From contig CAWKAR010000019.1 of the NCBI GenBank assembly GCA_963847625.1, forward strand, positions 32,001 through 96,000: DNA of 64,000 nucleotides. The letters run 5' to 3'. Source of the DNA: a candidate division FCPU426 bacterium. GTDB lineage: Bacteria > Oederibacteriota > Muellerivitia > Muellerivitales > Muellerivitaceae. Below the pieces are notes generated by a model. That model did not search any database and was not told where the DNA came from. It saw nothing but the letters and a program-made list of their open reading frames with translations. Below are positions 11,360-23,054 of this stretch, piece by piece (position 1 is the stretch's first letter; every line of letters starts with the position of its first letter). Position numbers and translations under genes: made by a program.

Positions 11360-11476
11360 AATTGATGGTTGTAGGGTTGATTTAGAAGGAAAATCTATTC
11401 AGGGTTTAGGCCTTATCGAATTGTCAGTTGCTTAAATCCGACCGGCTGATTCCCTGAAAATTCTTTTCTTAATACT

Positions 11477-13012
11477 TTATTGTTCTTTGGTCAGTCTATC
11501 GAGATATGCAGTTGTTTGGTTTTCTGAAACAAGTAACTTGCAAGCCACGCCCTGAATGTCCTTTGGACTTAGCGATCGAACCATCTCAATATACTTCAAT
11601 AAATAGCGCCAATCCCCGTGCACTGCTTGGTTGTATGCAAGATCCTGCGCCAACCCAGAAGTTGAAATCTTTCCCCAAAGGAATGCGGATTCCGCTTCCC
11701 GCCTGGCCCTTTCCATTTCATCCTTCGTAACCCCGTTTTTTTTGATATTGGTAACCTCATTTTCAATTTCATCGATTACGGCATTCATTTTAACTGTTGG
11801 TGCTGGGGTAAATTGTATTATGAACAAATTCGGATTACGATCCCCGGGAAAACCAGTAGAGGAAGAAATGGAAGATACCATTTTTTTTCCAAAAACCATA
11901 TTTTTTATCAGCCGGGAGCTGTTCCCGGTGGTCAGAATGGTGGAAAGAACGTCCAAGGCCACAGACTCGGGATGGGGAAAATTAGGGCAATGCCAGGCCA
12001 GCATAGCCATGGGATCCGCATCGAACTCCACATGAACGGTCTTTTGCCCCACTTGCGGCGGCTCTTGGGTCCATTCATGCTTTGAGGAAGCGACAGGTGG
12101 GTTCGGAACGGTTCCTAATGTCTTTTCTAGTAATGGAAGAATTTCTTCATGCCGAACACCGCCAACTATAGCCAAAACCCCCCGGTCGGGACGATAAGTG
12201 CGTTTATAAAATTCCTCTGCATCAGGTCTTAAAAGTTTTTGTATATCCGCCATCCAACCAATGGTGGGATCCTTATATGGGCTGGCTGAAAACGCAGTGG
12301 ATTCCAGGGCCTCATATAATTTCCCCTCCGGATTGGATTCGCTTCGCCAGCGGCGCTCCTGGGCCACCACATTCCTTTCAGAATAAAACTCGCGGAACAC
12401 TGGGTGGCTCAGACGGTCTTTTTCAATTTTTGCGTAAAGTCCGACCCGGTTGGCGGGCAGGGTAATGGTGTAGTTCGTGACATCCTGGCTGGTCCAAGCG
12501 TTCAGGCTTTGCCCGCCATAACGGGTATAGATAGCGTCCAATTCATCCTTGACCACCCATTTTTGGTGCTCGTCTTGGAGTTTTTTCATCTCCAAAGCCA
12601 GGCTCTTCAACCGCGCCTGGGACGGTTCGATTTTCTCCCTTTCTTTGTTCATTTCCTCCGCGACCAGATCCATGCGGTTAAGAATGGGTTTTTCCTTCTT
12701 GTAATTCCGGGTCCCGATTGTCTCAGTGCCCTTGAACATCATATGTTCCAGCATATGGGGCAACCCCGTCTTGCCTTTGGGAGCGTCCTGCGCCCCGACT
12801 GGTTGCATATAGGAGAAAGAAACAACCGGAACGCCCGGCCTCTCGACAATGAGCACTCGAAGTTTATTCGGAAGGACTTTTTCAAATACCGGCAGGGTCA
12901 GGCTATCCCCCTCCATATTTTCCCCGGGCCAAAGTTCAGTGGGGTTACAAAACCCGGCAAGGGAACAAACGGTTAAAGCCATCAGGAATTTTTGCGCCCG
13001 GAACATTTTCAT
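11477..13012 (-). CDS. M16 (pitrilysin) family zinc peptidase, exported
   Basis: Inverted zincin HMLEHMMFKGT; NAWTSQDVTNY; ERNVVAQER. Confidence 0.93.
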   Translation of the reverse strand: MKMFRAQKFLMALTVCSLAGFCNPTELWPGENMEGDSLTLPVFEKVLPNKLRVLIVERPGVPVVSFSYMQPVGAQDAPKGKTGLPHMLEHMMFKGTETIGTRNYKKEKPILNRMDLVAEEMNKEREKIEPSQARLKSLALEMKKLQDEHQKWVVKDELDAIYTRYGGQSLNAWTSQDVTNYTITLPANRVGLYAKIEKDRLSHPVFREFYSERNVVAQERRWRSESNPEGKLYEALESTAFSASPYKDPTIGWMADIQKLLRPDAEEFYKRTYRPDRGVLAIVGGVRHEEILPLLEKTLGTVPNPPVASSKHEWTQEPPQVGQKTVHVEFDADPMAMLAWHCPNFPHPESVALDVLSTILTTGNSSRLIKNMVFGKKMVSSISSSTGFPGDRNPNLFIIQFTPAPTVKMNAVIDEIENEVTNIKKNGVTKDEMERARREAESAFLWGKISTSGLAQDLAYNQAVHGDWRYLLKYIEMVRSLSPKDIQGVACKLLVSENQTTAYLDRLTKEQ

Positions 13013-13103
13013 ATCTCCTTAAAAGGAATGAATTGGAATTATAACCCCGCGTCAATTTCAGGGTATAGATATCATCGCGAAATGGAACTGAACCGGTATA
13101 GGT

Positions 13104-14231
13104 TCAACTTCCGAGGCCGAGACCCAAAATTCTCCCCAAACTGAAGGTAATACCGGCCGCCAGGAGGCCCAGAATCAATTGCCGCAAACCGGCGTACCAA
13201 ACCGGTTTTCCGGTAAACAGTGTGCCCAAGGCCCCGAAGCCGAATAATCCTAGCGATCCCATGATGATACTGATGACCACGGGGGATTTTCCTCCCACGA
13301 GCAAAAAGGGAAACACCGGTATGAACGCTCCAAGCGCGAATAAAAGGAACGAGAATATGGCCGCCTTGGCCGGAGATCCCCCTTTATCATGGATGTCAAT
13401 CCCAAGCTCCTCCCGGACAAGGGTTTCCACCGCCCGGTTCTTGTCCGAAAGCATGTGTTGCGCCAGTTCCGCAGCTTGCCGGGTGGACATTCCTTTCGAC
13501 TCATAGATTAACTTGAGTTCCTCCATTTCCCCCTCGGGGTTCCCCTGAAATTCCTCCTCCTCGATTTTGATTTCCCTCTCAGCCAACTCCCTCGAACTTG
13601 TGACCGACAGCCATTCCCCCAGGGCCATGGAACAAGCACCCGCAAGGAGACCCGCCATGCCGGTTAGCAAAAGAACATGGTTGTTGATGGTCGCGCCGGC
13701 CACACCCATCACCAGGCTCAGGTTGGAACAGAGGCCGTCATTTGCGCCCATCACCGAGGCTCTCAGGGTATTTCCCTCCACGTTCTTATGGCGGCTTTCC
13801 AAATCCGCGGTGGAATCCGCCTTGGAGGGTGTATTTGGATCGTTTAAAATTTCACCCAGCAACAGGTCATGGCCGTGCTCTTCCAGCACCATAGGGGTTC
13901 CGTTCGTTTCAGGCTGGGGCGCGTACAAATTCCGATCCGCCTTTTCGCCTTCGGCGATGGTGCTTAGAGCCATTCGCGGTCCAAAAATCCTGGCAATCCC
14001 TATAAGAAACCTCGCCCTCCAGGAGGGCTTTCTGGCCGGAACCTTTCCCCCAGCTTTGATGATCTGCGCTTCCCAAAAATCCCTGTGTTTTTCCTCGACT
14101 CGCGCAAGATCCATGTAAACCTTGGAAAGTTTTTGGTTTTTTTCCGCTTTGGCAAGAGCCTGATATTGGATGGCGCTGTCGACTTCGCCCTGCCAGTTAG
14201 CCAGATAACGCTTGATATCGGATGACGCCAT
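13104..14231 (-). CDS. Rubrerythrin/ferritin-like domain fused to a VIT1/CCC1 transporter (MbfA-like)
   Basis: N-terminal EEKH and EEHGH diiron-type motifs; LRASVMGANDGL and SMALGEWLSV VIT1 motifs; GGAGG before ATG 14231. Confidence 0.9.
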   Translation of the reverse strand: MASSDIKRYLANWQGEVDSAIQYQALAKAEKNQKLSKVYMDLARVEEKHRDFWEAQIIKAGGKVPARKPSWRARFLIGIARIFGPRMALSTIAEGEKADRNLYAPQPETNGTPMVLEEHGHDLLLGEILNDPNTPSKADSTADLESRHKNVEGNTLRASVMGANDGLCSNLSLVMGVAGATINNHVLLLTGMAGLLAGACSMALGEWLSVTSSRELAEREIKIEEEEFQGNPEGEMEELKLIYESKGMSTRQAAELAQHMLSDKNRAVETLVREELGIDIHDKGGSPAKAAIFSFLLFALGAFIPVFPFLLVGGKSPVVISIIMGSLGLFGFGALGTLFTGKPVWYAGLRQLILGLLAAGITFSLGRILGLGLGS

Positions 14232-14620
14232 TCCAAACACCTCCAATTATTATCGACTAATTTTATTTCAATAATTTCCATTCTCTAACACAACTTACAA
14301 TTTCGTGAAAAACAAAGGGTTAAAACCAGTCCGTCAGTTTTGGGGCAGCCTTAAATTCTCAAAAATATTATACTTAAATCCCAAAAAACAAAGTGTGGGT
14401 GTTTTTTTATTGAAGGAGTTTATTACTAAACTGACACGGCAAACCAATTACTGGATTTAATCTGATATATAATCTTTTAGAAAAAAACATTTAAATTCAA
14501 ATTTAAGCCAACTATCACGATTTTTGGAATTTTCTAGCCCCAATACATCTTAGGATTCGATTACACCCAAAGCCTCGATACAGCCTGATTTACGCCGGTC
14601 ATCGTATCCATTGGATTTTC

Positions 14621-17600
14621 TTACCTGATAAAAATAACCCTCTTAGTTTTGCGATCCATGGGTTCCGTCAGATAGAAAAGGTAAACCCCGCTCGCACAGA
14701 TATCCCCGTACTTGTTCCTCCCGTCCCAATAGAAACTCCCTTGGAACGGCGCTTGCAGGTACCGGCTGTCCAACGTTTTGATGTGCTCCCCCGCCGAGTT
14801 GTACACGCTCAACTCGAACGGCCCCGGGTATTGACTCGTTCCCACATAGATAGATACCGACTCCCCGCCCTTGAACACGTTCTTCGTCACAGTGAAGTAA
14901 TCCACTGTCGGCGTCCAGGTCGGCACCTGCGTAACCGAGGAGGTCACCGTGGGCGTAGAAGTCGGCGTGGGGGTGGAGGTCCAAAGGGGCGTGTTAGTCC
15001 TTGTCGGAGTTGGGGTGCGTGTGGCTGTCGGTGTGCGGGTAGGCGTGGGGGTGGAAGTGGAGGTTCGGCTGCTGGTAATGGTTGGGGTCGAGGTCGAGGT
15101 TCGGGTGAAGGTTGGGGTACGCGTATTCGTGGGAGTAAAGGTGGCAGTCGGGGTGAATGTGGCCGTGGCGGTGTTGGTGGGGGTTTTCGTGGATGTCGAA
15201 GTGCCCGTATTAGTCGGGGTGCTGGTTGTGGTCGGCGTGTTGGTCGACGTCCTCGTATTCGTAGCGGTAAATGTGGAGGTTGGGGTCGAGGTGTCCGTAG
15301 GGCTATAGGTGGCCGTCGGGGTCGGCGTAGCCGTGGCGGTGTTCGTGGGGGTTTTCGTGAATGTCGGAGTGCTCGTATCAGTTGGGGTGTTGGTTATGGT
15401 CGGTGTAGAGGTTGAGGTCAATGTATCCGTGGCGGTGAAGGTGGAGGTGGGGGTCAACGTAGCCGTGGGACTATAGGTGGCCGTCGGGGTTGGCGTGACA
15501 GTGGCGGTGTTCGTGGGGGTTTTCGTAGATGTCGACGTGAACGTGTCAGTTGGAGTATTCGTCTGGGTGGCCGTAAAAGTATCGGTTGGTGTGTTGGTCG
15601 AAGTGTAAGTATTCGTGGCCGTATAAGTGTCCGTCGGGGTGTTGCTCGGCGTCGGGGTATTGGTATAGGTCGACGTGTTTGTGGGAGTGCTGGTATTCGT
15701 GGGCGAGAAGGTGTTCGTCGGGGTGTCGGTGGAGGTCGGCGTGAATTTGGGGGTTTCGGTCGGCGTGGGTGTGGCGGTGGAAGTGCTGCTTGGAGTCGGG
15801 GTTGGCGTCGATGTGTTCGTGGGTGTGTTCGTCGACGTCGGGGTAGGAGTGTTGGTCGGGGTGTTCGTGGATGTGGGGGTGTTCGTCGGCGTATTGGTGA
15901 ATGTTAGCGTGAAGATGGGCGTGTTGGTCGGAGTCGGGGTAGGAGTCGAAGTCGACGTGCTAGTCGACGTCGAAATCGGCGTATTCGTCGGGGTGTTCGT
16001 CGGCGTGTTGGTCGGAGTCGGGGTAGGTGTCGAAGTGGACGTGGTGGTCGGAGTCGCAGTCGGTGTCAAGGTCGGCGTGGGGGTGGGTGTTGAGGTCGGT
16101 GTTTTCGTCGGGGTGTTCGTGGACGTGGGAGTGGGCGTAGTCGTTGGCGTAATCGTGGGCGTATTCGTGGGTGATGTCGTCCCGGTCGGGCTGGGGGTCG
16201 GAGAAGACGTGATGGTGGGTGTAGGGGTGGACGTGGAAGTCGGTGTGTTCGTGGGGGTATTGGTCGGGGTCGGCGTGGGTGTCGTCGTCGGAGTCGGGGT
16301 GGGCGTGTTTGTGGGTGTGTTGGTTGGGGTATTCGTGGGCGTGGGCGAGGATGTGGTTGTCGGGGTGGGTGTCGGGGTGGGTGTGGGCGTACGAGTCGGC
16401 GTGTTGGTCGGGGTGAATGTGGGTGTCGTCGTCGGAGTCGGTGTGGGAGTGTTCGTGGGGGTGTTGGTCGGGGTATTGGTCGGCGTGGGCAAGGGTGTGA
16501 TCGTGGGTGTGGAAGTCGAAGTAGGTGTGGACGTACGAGTCGGCGTATTGGTCGGGGTGTTCGTGGGTGAGGTGGTCCCGGTCGGGCTGGGGGTCGGAGT
16601 GAGTGTGATCGTAGGCGTGTTGGTTGGTGTGGGCGTGGGCGTGATCGTCGGGGTGGGAGTGGGTGTCCGGGTCGACGTGTTCGTAGGCGTGTTGGTCGGA
16701 GTGGGTGAGGGTGTGGTTGTCGGAGTCGGCGTGGGAGTGTTTGTGGGTGTGTTGGTCGGGGTATTCGTGGGCGTATTGGTCGGGGTAGGAGTGGGTGTGG
16801 TCGTCGGAGTCGGGGTGGGAGTGTTGGTGGGTGTGTTGGTTGGGGTATTGGTTGGCGTGGGAGAGGGCGTTGTTGTCGGGGTGGGTGTCGGGGTACGTGT
16901 GGGCGTATTAGTCGGGGTATTGGTTGGCGTAGGCGTGGGTGTGATCGTGGGTGTGGAAGTCGACGTGGGGGTGGACGTTCTCGTGGGCGTATTGGTTGGG
17001 GTATTCGTGGGTGAGGTGGTCCCGGTCGGGCTGGGGGTCGGCGAGAGCGTATTCGTCGGCGTGTTCGTGGGTGTTGGGGTGGGGGTGATGGTCGGCGTGG
17101 GGGTTGGGGTCCTCGTCGGGGTATTCGTGGCCGTATTGGTCGGGGTGGGTGTGGGTGTAGTCGTCGGAGTTGGGGTCGGGGTCCTCGTCGGTGTATTCGT
17201 GGGCGTGTTCGTCGGGGTGGGTGTAGGTGTGGTCGTCGGGGTCGGGGTGGGTGTGTTGGTCGGGGTATTGGTTGGCGTAGGAGTAGGAGTCGTCGTGGGA
17301 GTGGGAGTAGGTGTGCGCGTCGGGGTGTTGATCGAGGTATTGGTTGGCGTGGGTGTGGGTGTCGTCGTGAGGGTGGGAGTAGGTGTGGATGTGGGTGTTC
17401 TCGTGGGCGTGTTCGTTGGGGTGGGTGTGGGTGTGGTCGTTGGGGTCGGAGTGGGTGTGTTCGTGGGTGTGTTGGTTGGGGTATTCGTCGGCGTGGGAGA
17501 GGGCGTCGTTGTCGGGGTGGGTGTCGGGGTACGTGTGGGCGTATTAGTCGGGGTATTGGTCGGGGTGGGTGTGGGGGTAATGGTGGGTGTGGGAGTCGGG

Positions 17601-20158
17601 GTAGGTGTATTCGTGCGAGTCGGCGTGTTGGTCGGGGTGTTCGTGGGCGATGTGGTGCCGGTCGGGCTGGGGGTCGGCGAAGGTGTATTCGTGGGCGTGT
17701 TGGTCGGGGTGGGCGTGGGGGTGATGGTAGGCGTGGGAGTCGGCGTGCGCGTGGGTGTGTTCGTCGGCGTATTGGTCGGGGTAGGAGTGGGTGTGGTCGT
17801 CGGGGTCGGCGTGGGTGTCCTTGTCGGTGTATTCGTAGGCGTGTTCGTCGGGGTGGGTGTGGGTGTGGTCGTTGGGGTCGGCGTGGGGGTGTTCGTAGGT
17901 GTGTTCGTAGGGGTATTGGTCGGGGTGGGAGTCGGGGTCGTGGTGGGAGTAGGAGTCGGTGTCCGAGTCGGTGTGTTCGTGGGAGTATTCGTCGGGGTAG
18001 GAGTGGGGCTTGTGGTAGGAGTTGGGGTCGGGGTGGGAGTAGGGGTTCTCGTGGGCGTGTTAGTAGGGGTCGGGGTTGGGGTCGTCGTCGGAGTCGGTGT
18101 TGGCGTGTTCGTGGGAGTCAGGGTAGGGGTATTCGTAGGCGTAGGGGTGGGCGTACGGGTCGGAGTGGGTGTAGGAGTATTCGTGGGTGTGTTCGTGGGG
18201 GTGTTTGTGGGTGTAGGCGTGGGGCTTGTTGTGGGGGTGGGTGTTGGCGTCCGGGTCGGGGTGTTTGTGGGGGTATTGGTTGGCGTGGGAGTGGGCGAGA
18301 CGGTCGGGGTCGGAGTTGGGGTATTAGTCGGGGTGGGTGTCGGCGTCCGAGTCGGGGTATTCGTGGGGGTATTGGTCGGCGTGGGAGTGGGCGAGACTGT
18401 CGGGGTCGGGGTGGGCGAATTCGTCCTCGTCGGCGTGTTCGTGGGGGTATTGGTCGGCGTGGGGGTGGGTGTGGCCGTCGGGGTCGACGTCCGGGTCGGG
18501 GTATTCGTGGGGGTATTGGTCGGCGTGGGGGTGGGTGAGACGGTCGGGGTAGGGGTCGGCGTCCTGGTCGGGGTATTCGTAGGGGTATTGGTCGGTGTGG
18601 GGGTGGGCGAGACAGTCGGGGTCGGAGTGGGCGTATTCGTCCGGGTCGGCGTGTTCGTTGGTGAATTCGTCGGGGTAGGGGTTAGCGAGGGGGTCGGTGA
18701 TGGTGTGTTAGTCGGAGTATTGGTGCGGGTTGGGGTGTTGGTAGGAGTGGGAGTATTGGTATAGGTATAGGTGTAAGTGTGGGTGAAGGTGGGAGTGACG
18801 GCTGGGGTCGGAGTATAGGTATTGGTGTTAGTGGGAGTGGGAGTATAGGTATAGGTATAAGTGTTGGTATGGGTGAAGGTTGGCGTGACGGCGATCGTCG
18901 GAGTGTAGGTGAAAGTATGTGTAAAGGTGGCCGTAAAGGTATTGGTGAAAGTGTTGGTGTGGGTGAAGGTGGGAGTCATGGCGACCGTCGGGGTATAGGT
19001 GTGAGTAAGCGTATAGGTGGGTGTTGGGGTATAGGTAAAGGTATGGGTGGGTGTGAAAGTATTGGTGTAGCAAGGGATGTTGAAGGTCACCGTGTTGGAG
19101 GTCTTCCCCCCCATGGTAAAGTTGTTGGTGGCCGTCGTGCATTGGTTGTTGACCAACCCGTTGTTGTCATAAGCGTCTTCCGTAAAGGTGACGCAGGAGT
19201 TTCCCGCAAACCCCTCCCCCCAGATGACGGAAATCTGGTTCCCCCCAACGCCGTTGACATAGGGCTCGGTGGCGATGTAATTCCCGTTTTGCACCGAAGC
19301 CCCGCCGCTCAGAAGCGACGTGGATTGCCAATAGCCCTGGCTGATCGTGTCTACCAGGGTGACTGAGGTCGTGGCAGGACCCCCTGTGTTGCAAACGGTC
19401 AGGCAGAACCCGATTGAGATGTTGTTGCTTCCGGACTGGGTGCTCGCCGCGCTGCAGATGGCTTTTCCGACCGTGAATGCCGGAGGGCCCAGGGTCGTTC
19501 CTGACGCCGGGATCGCGACGCCTTGGGAGAAAAACAGGGCCCCGTTGCAGTTGCTGGTGCTGTAATCCCCATTGGCGTCCGTCGATAAATAAGGAACTCT
19601 TGCGCCGCTCACGGGGTTCCAGATGCCCTGGCCCCAACAGCAATCCGCCGAAGTGGCACTGACCTGGGTCGGGCTGCCCCAGCCGCTGGTGCTGTAGTCG
19701 GTCGCGTACCAGTTGGTGGCGGGGGGAGTGGTGGGGTTCCCCGAGCTGATGTAATCCATATGGACGCCGCCGCTTCCGCTGGTGATCTCGGAATGCTGGC
19801 CGTTGGAACAGGTGATGTCCAGATCCCAGGAAGCGTAAAGGTTGTTGCAGGCGGTGTTTTGGGTGTAAACGCTGATGTAAACCTCGGACCCTGTCAAAAG
19901 GGATGTGGCAACAGTAAGACAACCCGGGGGACAACTGCCGCTACCATCCCAGTTGCAATAAGCCACTTGCCCCAGGTAAACGCCGCCAACATAGACCTGC
20001 GACCAGTCGTCGCTGGAAACGCAAATCTTGGCGGAACTCGGCGTGCATTGGGCCCAGGACTGAACTGGTATGCCCACAAGGAAGAAAAACCCAAGAACGC
20101 TTAAAACCAAACTTGACCGAGTTGAAGGCGAAGAAAGTTTGAATAACGAAATTTTCAT
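14621..20158 (-). CDS. Giant secreted protein: Cys-rich head, DUF11-like domain, about 1400-aa Thr/Pro stalk, FlgD-Ig/T9SS-like C-terminal domain
   Basis: Signal peptide ending [11 protein letters not shown] repeats; C-terminus [12 protein letters not shown]...[14 protein letters not shown]...KRVIFIR. Start could be 20158 or 20200. Confidence 0.85.
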   Translation of the reverse strand: MKISLFKLSSPSTRSSLVLSVLGFFFLVGIPVQSWAQCTPSSAKICVSSDDWSQVYVGGVYLGQVAYCNWDGSGSCPPGCLTVATSLLTGSEVYISVYTQNTACNNLYASWDLDITCSNGQHSEITSGSGGVHMDYISSGNPTTPPATNWYATDYSTSGWGSPTQVSATSADCCWGQGIWNPVSGARVPYLSTDANGDYSTSNCNGALFFSQGVAIPASGTTLGPPAFTVGKAICSAASTQSGSNNISIGFCLTVCNTGGPATTSVTLVDTISQGYWQSTSLLSGGASVQNGNYIATEPYVNGVGGNQISVIWGEGFAGNSCVTFTEDAYDNNGLVNNQCTTATNNFTMGGKTSNTVTFNIPCYTNTFTPTHTFTYTPTPTYTLTHTYTPTVAMTPTFTHTNTFTNTFTATFTHTFTYTPTIAVTPTFTHTNTYTYTYTPTPTNTNTYTPTPAVTPTFTHTYTYTYTNTPTPTNTPTRTNTPTNTPSPTPSLTPTPTNSPTNTPTRTNTPTPTPTVSPTPTPTNTPTNTPTRTPTPTPTVSPTPTPTNTPTNTPTRTSTPTATPTPTPTNTPTNTPTRTNSPTPTPTVSPTPTPTNTPTNTPTRTPTPTPTNTPTPTPTVSPTPTPTNTPTNTPTRTPTPTPTTSPTPTPTNTPTNTPTNTPTPTPTRTPTPTPTNTPTLTPTNTPTPTPTTTPTPTPTNTPTRTPTPTPTPTPTTSPTPTPTNTPTNTPTRTPTPTPTTTPTPTPTNTPTNTPTNTPTPTPTTTPTPTPTNTPTNTPTRTPTPTPTTTPTPTPTNTPTNTPTRTPTPTPTITPTPTPTNTPTNTPSPTPSPTGTTSPTNTPTNTPTRTNTPTPTPTPTITPTPTPTNTPTNTPTRTPTPTPTTTPSPTPTNTPTNTPTNTPTPTPTTTPTPTPTNTPTRTPTSTPTPTLTTTPTPTPTNTSINTPTRTPTPTPTTTPTPTPTNTPTNTPTPTPTTTPTPTPTNTPTNTPTRTPTPTPTTTPTPTPTNTATNTPTRTPTPTPTITPTPTPTNTPTNTLSPTPSPTGTTSPTNTPTNTPTRTSTPTSTSTPTITPTPTPTNTPTNTPTRTPTPTPTTTPSPTPTNTPTNTPTNTPTPTPTTTPTPTPTNTPTNTPTNTPTNTPTPTPTTTPSPTPTNTPTNTSTRTPTPTPTITPTPTPTNTPTITLTPTPSPTGTTSPTNTPTNTPTRTSTPTSTSTPTITPLPTPTNTPTNTPTNTPTPTPTTTPTFTPTNTPTRTPTPTPTPTPTTTSSPTPTNTPTNTPTNTPTPTPTTTPTPTPTNTPTNTPTSTSTPTPTITSSPTPSPTGTTSPTNTPTITPTTTPTPTSTNTPTKTPTSTPTPTPTLTPTATPTTTSTSTPTPTPTNTPTNTPTNTPISTSTSTSTSTPTPTPTNTPIFTLTFTNTPTNTPTSTNTPTNTPTPTSTNTPTNTSTPTPTPSSTSTATPTPTETPKFTPTSTDTPTNTFSPTNTSTPTNTSTYTNTPTPSNTPTDTYTATNTYTSTNTPTDTFTATQTNTPTDTFTSTSTKTPTNTATVTPTPTATYSPTATLTPTSTFTATDTLTSTSTPTITNTPTDTSTPTFTKTPTNTATATPTPTATYSPTDTSTPTSTFTATNTRTSTNTPTTTSTPTNTGTSTSTKTPTNTATATFTPTATFTPTNTRTPTFTRTSTSTPTITSSRTSTSTPTPTRTPTATRTPTPTRTNTPLWTSTPTPTSTPTVTSSVTQVPTWTPTVDYFTVTKNVFKGGESVSIYVGTSQYPGPFELSVYNSAGEHIKTLDSRYLQAPFQGSFYWDGRNKYGDICASGVYLFYLTEPMDRKTKRVIFIR

Positions 20159-20766
20159 TCTAAGTTTTTCACCATATTCCAATATGCAAAGGCTCTTCAA
20201 AGCCTCCGTTGCGTCGATGAGACCTGACTTTAGAATTCAAAACAATATCAGTAGTAAAAACGTTTTTAATTCTAAAAACTTTAACAAATTATCGCACAAA
20301 ACAATTCTTTTAGCGAATAGGACTATTATTCCGAGAAAGAATAAACCTATGACCTTCTCCCTTAACCTGACTACCAGGTTGTGCCATTCGATATTGCCAA
20401 AACCCCGGAGTTCAAAGCTTCCGCCGAAGAGTCTAAACCCCTTATGAAAGCGTTTTTCTCCTTGATGCGCATAAGTGCATATTGTGATAGTTTCCAATCA
20501 ACCCGTGGGAATAGCTTTTGCTTCGATTCTTGACTTAGGCCCCAAATAGCACGCTAAAACCATAATAAATCCTTTAAAAAGAGGGGTTAACAAAGATTTA
20601 ACAATGAAAAGAAAAAAACCTTATAAAGTCCTATTAACATGAAATAAATTAATGGTTTTTAACTAATCAAATAAATCTTGTTCTTCGAGAACCGTTTTAA
20701 CCGGTGAAACAAACGATTAATATGTTTTCTTCCGAATAAACCTTAAACAATCAACCAAGGAGTTCC

Positions 20767-22278
20767 ATGCCAACCCTTTGTGCCCTCGACGTGGGTTCCA
20801 ACGCCATGCGTCTGGCCATCGGCTTCCTGGGCCACGACCGAAAGCTCCATATCGTGGAGGATTTCCGCGAACCAATCCGCCTGGGCCAGGACGTTTTCAC
20901 TCGGGGTTCCATCTCCCGTGAAAACACCCAGCGGACCATCGAAACTTTTCAAAGGTTCAAGGAAATCATTAGACAGCACCAAGTGGTTAAAACTCGGGCA
21001 GTGGCCACGAGTGCGGTTCGGGAGGCTAAAAACCGAGATGTTTTCATTAAAAAAATTTTCCAAGCCACCGGGATAGAACTCAAGCCTATTACACCGGAAG
21101 AAGAAACACTGCTGGTCTATCTCGCCGTTTCCAAAAAAATTCCCTTGGAAGGCAAGACCTCCATGTTGGTGGATATCGGCGGAGGTAGCGTGGAAGTCAC
21201 CCTAGCCAGGGACGGTAAGATTCTCGCTTCAGAAAGCTTTCAAATGGGAGCCGTCCGCCTTCTGCAAGTACTGGAACAAAGTAAATACGGTGAAAAAAAG
21301 TTCAACCGGATGGTCCAGGAATACTTGGAAGCGGCCCGCAACCGGTTCAATCAAAAACTGACGGGGCAAAAGGTTGACGTCTGTGTGGGAACCGGTGGAA
21401 ACCTAGATACCCTTCTATATTTGAAAGAGCGGTTGTTACGAGTAAAAGAACCGTCCTATGTTACGCGTGTTGAGTTGGATTCCCTATTGGGCCGGCTGAG
21501 AAAACTGACTTATGACGAGCGCGTCACACGGTTTGGACTTCGTCCGGATAGGGCGGACGTCATCCTTCCGGCTATCACGGTCCTTCAAAAAATTATGGAA
21601 GTAGGACGAATTAATCGTATTCATATTCCCAATGTGGGCGTAAAGGAAGGCCTTCTGATTGATATGGTTTCAGAACTCCTAACTGGCCGGCCGACTCAGC
21701 GCAGGGATGAAATATTGGGTACCGTCAAGCAGACCGGCATAAAATATTCCCTCGACCAACCCCATGCGGACACCGTCACCCGGTTCGCCCTGGAACTTTT
21801 CGATAGGACACGGAAACTTCACCGTTTGGGAGAGGATAATCGCCTTCTGCTAGAGGTGGCCGCCCAGCTCCACGACATCGGTCAATTTATCAGCTATGGT
21901 TCCCACCACAAGCATTCCTATTATTTAATCCGCTCTTCCCAGTTGATGGGCCTTACCCCCTATCAGGTTGAACTGGTTGCCAACATTGCCCGGTACCACC
22001 GCAAAGCCCTCCCCAAGTCAAGCCACGACAATTACCGTCTGCTCCCGGCCCGAGAGAAGCTTTTAGTGTCAAAACTGGCGGCCATTCTCAGAATCGCCGA
22101 TGCGCTGGATCACGATCACGCTTCTAAAGTCTATAGTTTCACGGTCCAATACAAAAAACCCCATTTTTCCTTAAAATTGCAGGGGCAGGGGGATATGCTC
22201 TTGGAGCGGTGGGCCCTCCTGAAAAAATCTGATTTATTCGAAAAGGTATTCAAAGTTAAATTTTCCGTTAAAAGCTAA
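20767..22278 (+). CDS. ppx: Exopolyphosphatase Ppx/GppA with C-terminal HD domain
   Basis: DVGSNAMR, DIGGGSVE, RADVI, LHDIG and ARYHRK motifs; AAGGAG RBS. Confidence 0.95.
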   Translation: MPTLCALDVGSNAMRLAIGFLGHDRKLHIVEDFREPIRLGQDVFTRGSISRENTQRTIETFQRFKEIIRQHQVVKTRAVATSAVREAKNRDVFIKKIFQATGIELKPITPEEETLLVYLAVSKKIPLEGKTSMLVDIGGGSVEVTLARDGKILASESFQMGAVRLLQVLEQSKYGEKKFNRMVQEYLEAARNRFNQKLTGQKVDVCVGTGGNLDTLLYLKERLLRVKEPSYVTRVELDSLLGRLRKLTYDERVTRFGLRPDRADVILPAITVLQKIMEVGRINRIHIPNVGVKEGLLIDMVSELLTGRPTQRRDEILGTVKQTGIKYSLDQPHADTVTRFALELFDRTRKLHRLGEDNRLLLEVAAQLHDIGQFISYGSHHKHSYYLIRSSQLMGLTPYQVELVANIARYHRKALPKSSHDNYRLLPAREKLLVSKLAAILRIADALDHDHASKVYSFTVQYKKPHFSLKLQGQGDMLLERWALLKKSDLFEKVFKVKFSVKS

Positions 22279-22358
22279 AACGAAGACATTGGGACATGGA
22301 TAAAAGCGTCTAAACGGGGATAATCTTCATTGTTTTGAATGTTAAGGAGAAAAAGTTT

Positions 22359-23054
22359 ATGGCCAGGTTTAAACCCAAGGAAATCGAGGGAAGACTGATT
22401 GCGGTGGAGGGGTTGGATGGTTCCGGAAAATCCACCCAAATCCGCCTTCTCAAGCGCTGGCTGGAACTGGAAGGCTATAAGGTTTTCTTCACGGAGTGGA
22501 ACTCCTCCGAATTGGTCAAGAAGGCCACCCGAAAGGGTAAAAAGAAAAAGCTCCTTACTCCCACAACCTTTTCTCTTATCCATGCTACGGACTTCGCCGA
22601 CCGTTACGAGCGGCAAATTCTTCCCCTTCTAAAAGGCGGATATATCGTCCTTGCGGACCGTTATTGTTACACAGCCTTCGCCCGGGACGCGGTCCGGGGT
22701 TGCGACCGGGACTGGATAAGAAAACTTTACCGTTTCGCTCGTAAACCTGATATCACCTTTTTCTTCGAACTTCCCCTGGAAGTGGCCCTGGGACGTATCC
22801 TGGAGGGACGGCCTATGTTGAAATACCATGAAGCCGGGATGGACCTGGGATTCTCCAAGGATCCTTACGAATCCTTCAGGATCTTCCAAGGGAAAATTTA
22901 CGAGGAATACGGCCGCATTGCCAAGGAATTTCCCTTTGAGCGCGTGGATGCCACCATTCCCGTGGAGAGCCAGCAGGCCTTCATGCGCGATGTCGTCAGG
23001 AAACGCATTGACCTCAAGAAATTCAAGTTTAAAGTCTCGGGAGTAAAATCATGA
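22359..23054 (+). CDS. Thymidylate-kinase-like protein A with intact P-loop; candidate polyphosphate kinase subunit
   Basis: EGLDGSGKST and LADRY; FTEWNSS stands where TMK has TREPG; AAGGAG RBS before ATG 22359. Confidence 0.85.
   Translation: MARFKPKEIEGRLIAVEGLDGSGKSTQIRLLKRWLELEGYKVFFTEWNSSELVKKATRKGKKKKLLTPTTFSLIHATDFADRYERQILPLLKGGYIVLADRYCYTAFARDAVRGCDRDWIRKLYRFARKPDITFFFELPLEVALGRILEGRPMLKYHEAGMDLGFSKDPYESFRIFQGKIYEEYGRIAKEFPFERVDATIPVESQQAFMRDVVRKRIDLKKFKFKVSGVKS

Noticed and set aside
14245..14280. Fur/Irr-type box upstream of the rubrerythrin-VIT1 gene
   Set aside because: AT-rich, but the match to consensus is too weak to support.
14949..18764. Long Val/Gly-rich plus-strand ORFs, up to 1029 aa (also at 41954-44941 and 47806-50994)
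   Set aside because: Antisense shadows of Thr/Pro/Asn codon repeats, which rarely create stops. The minus-strand frames have signal peptides and recognisable domains.
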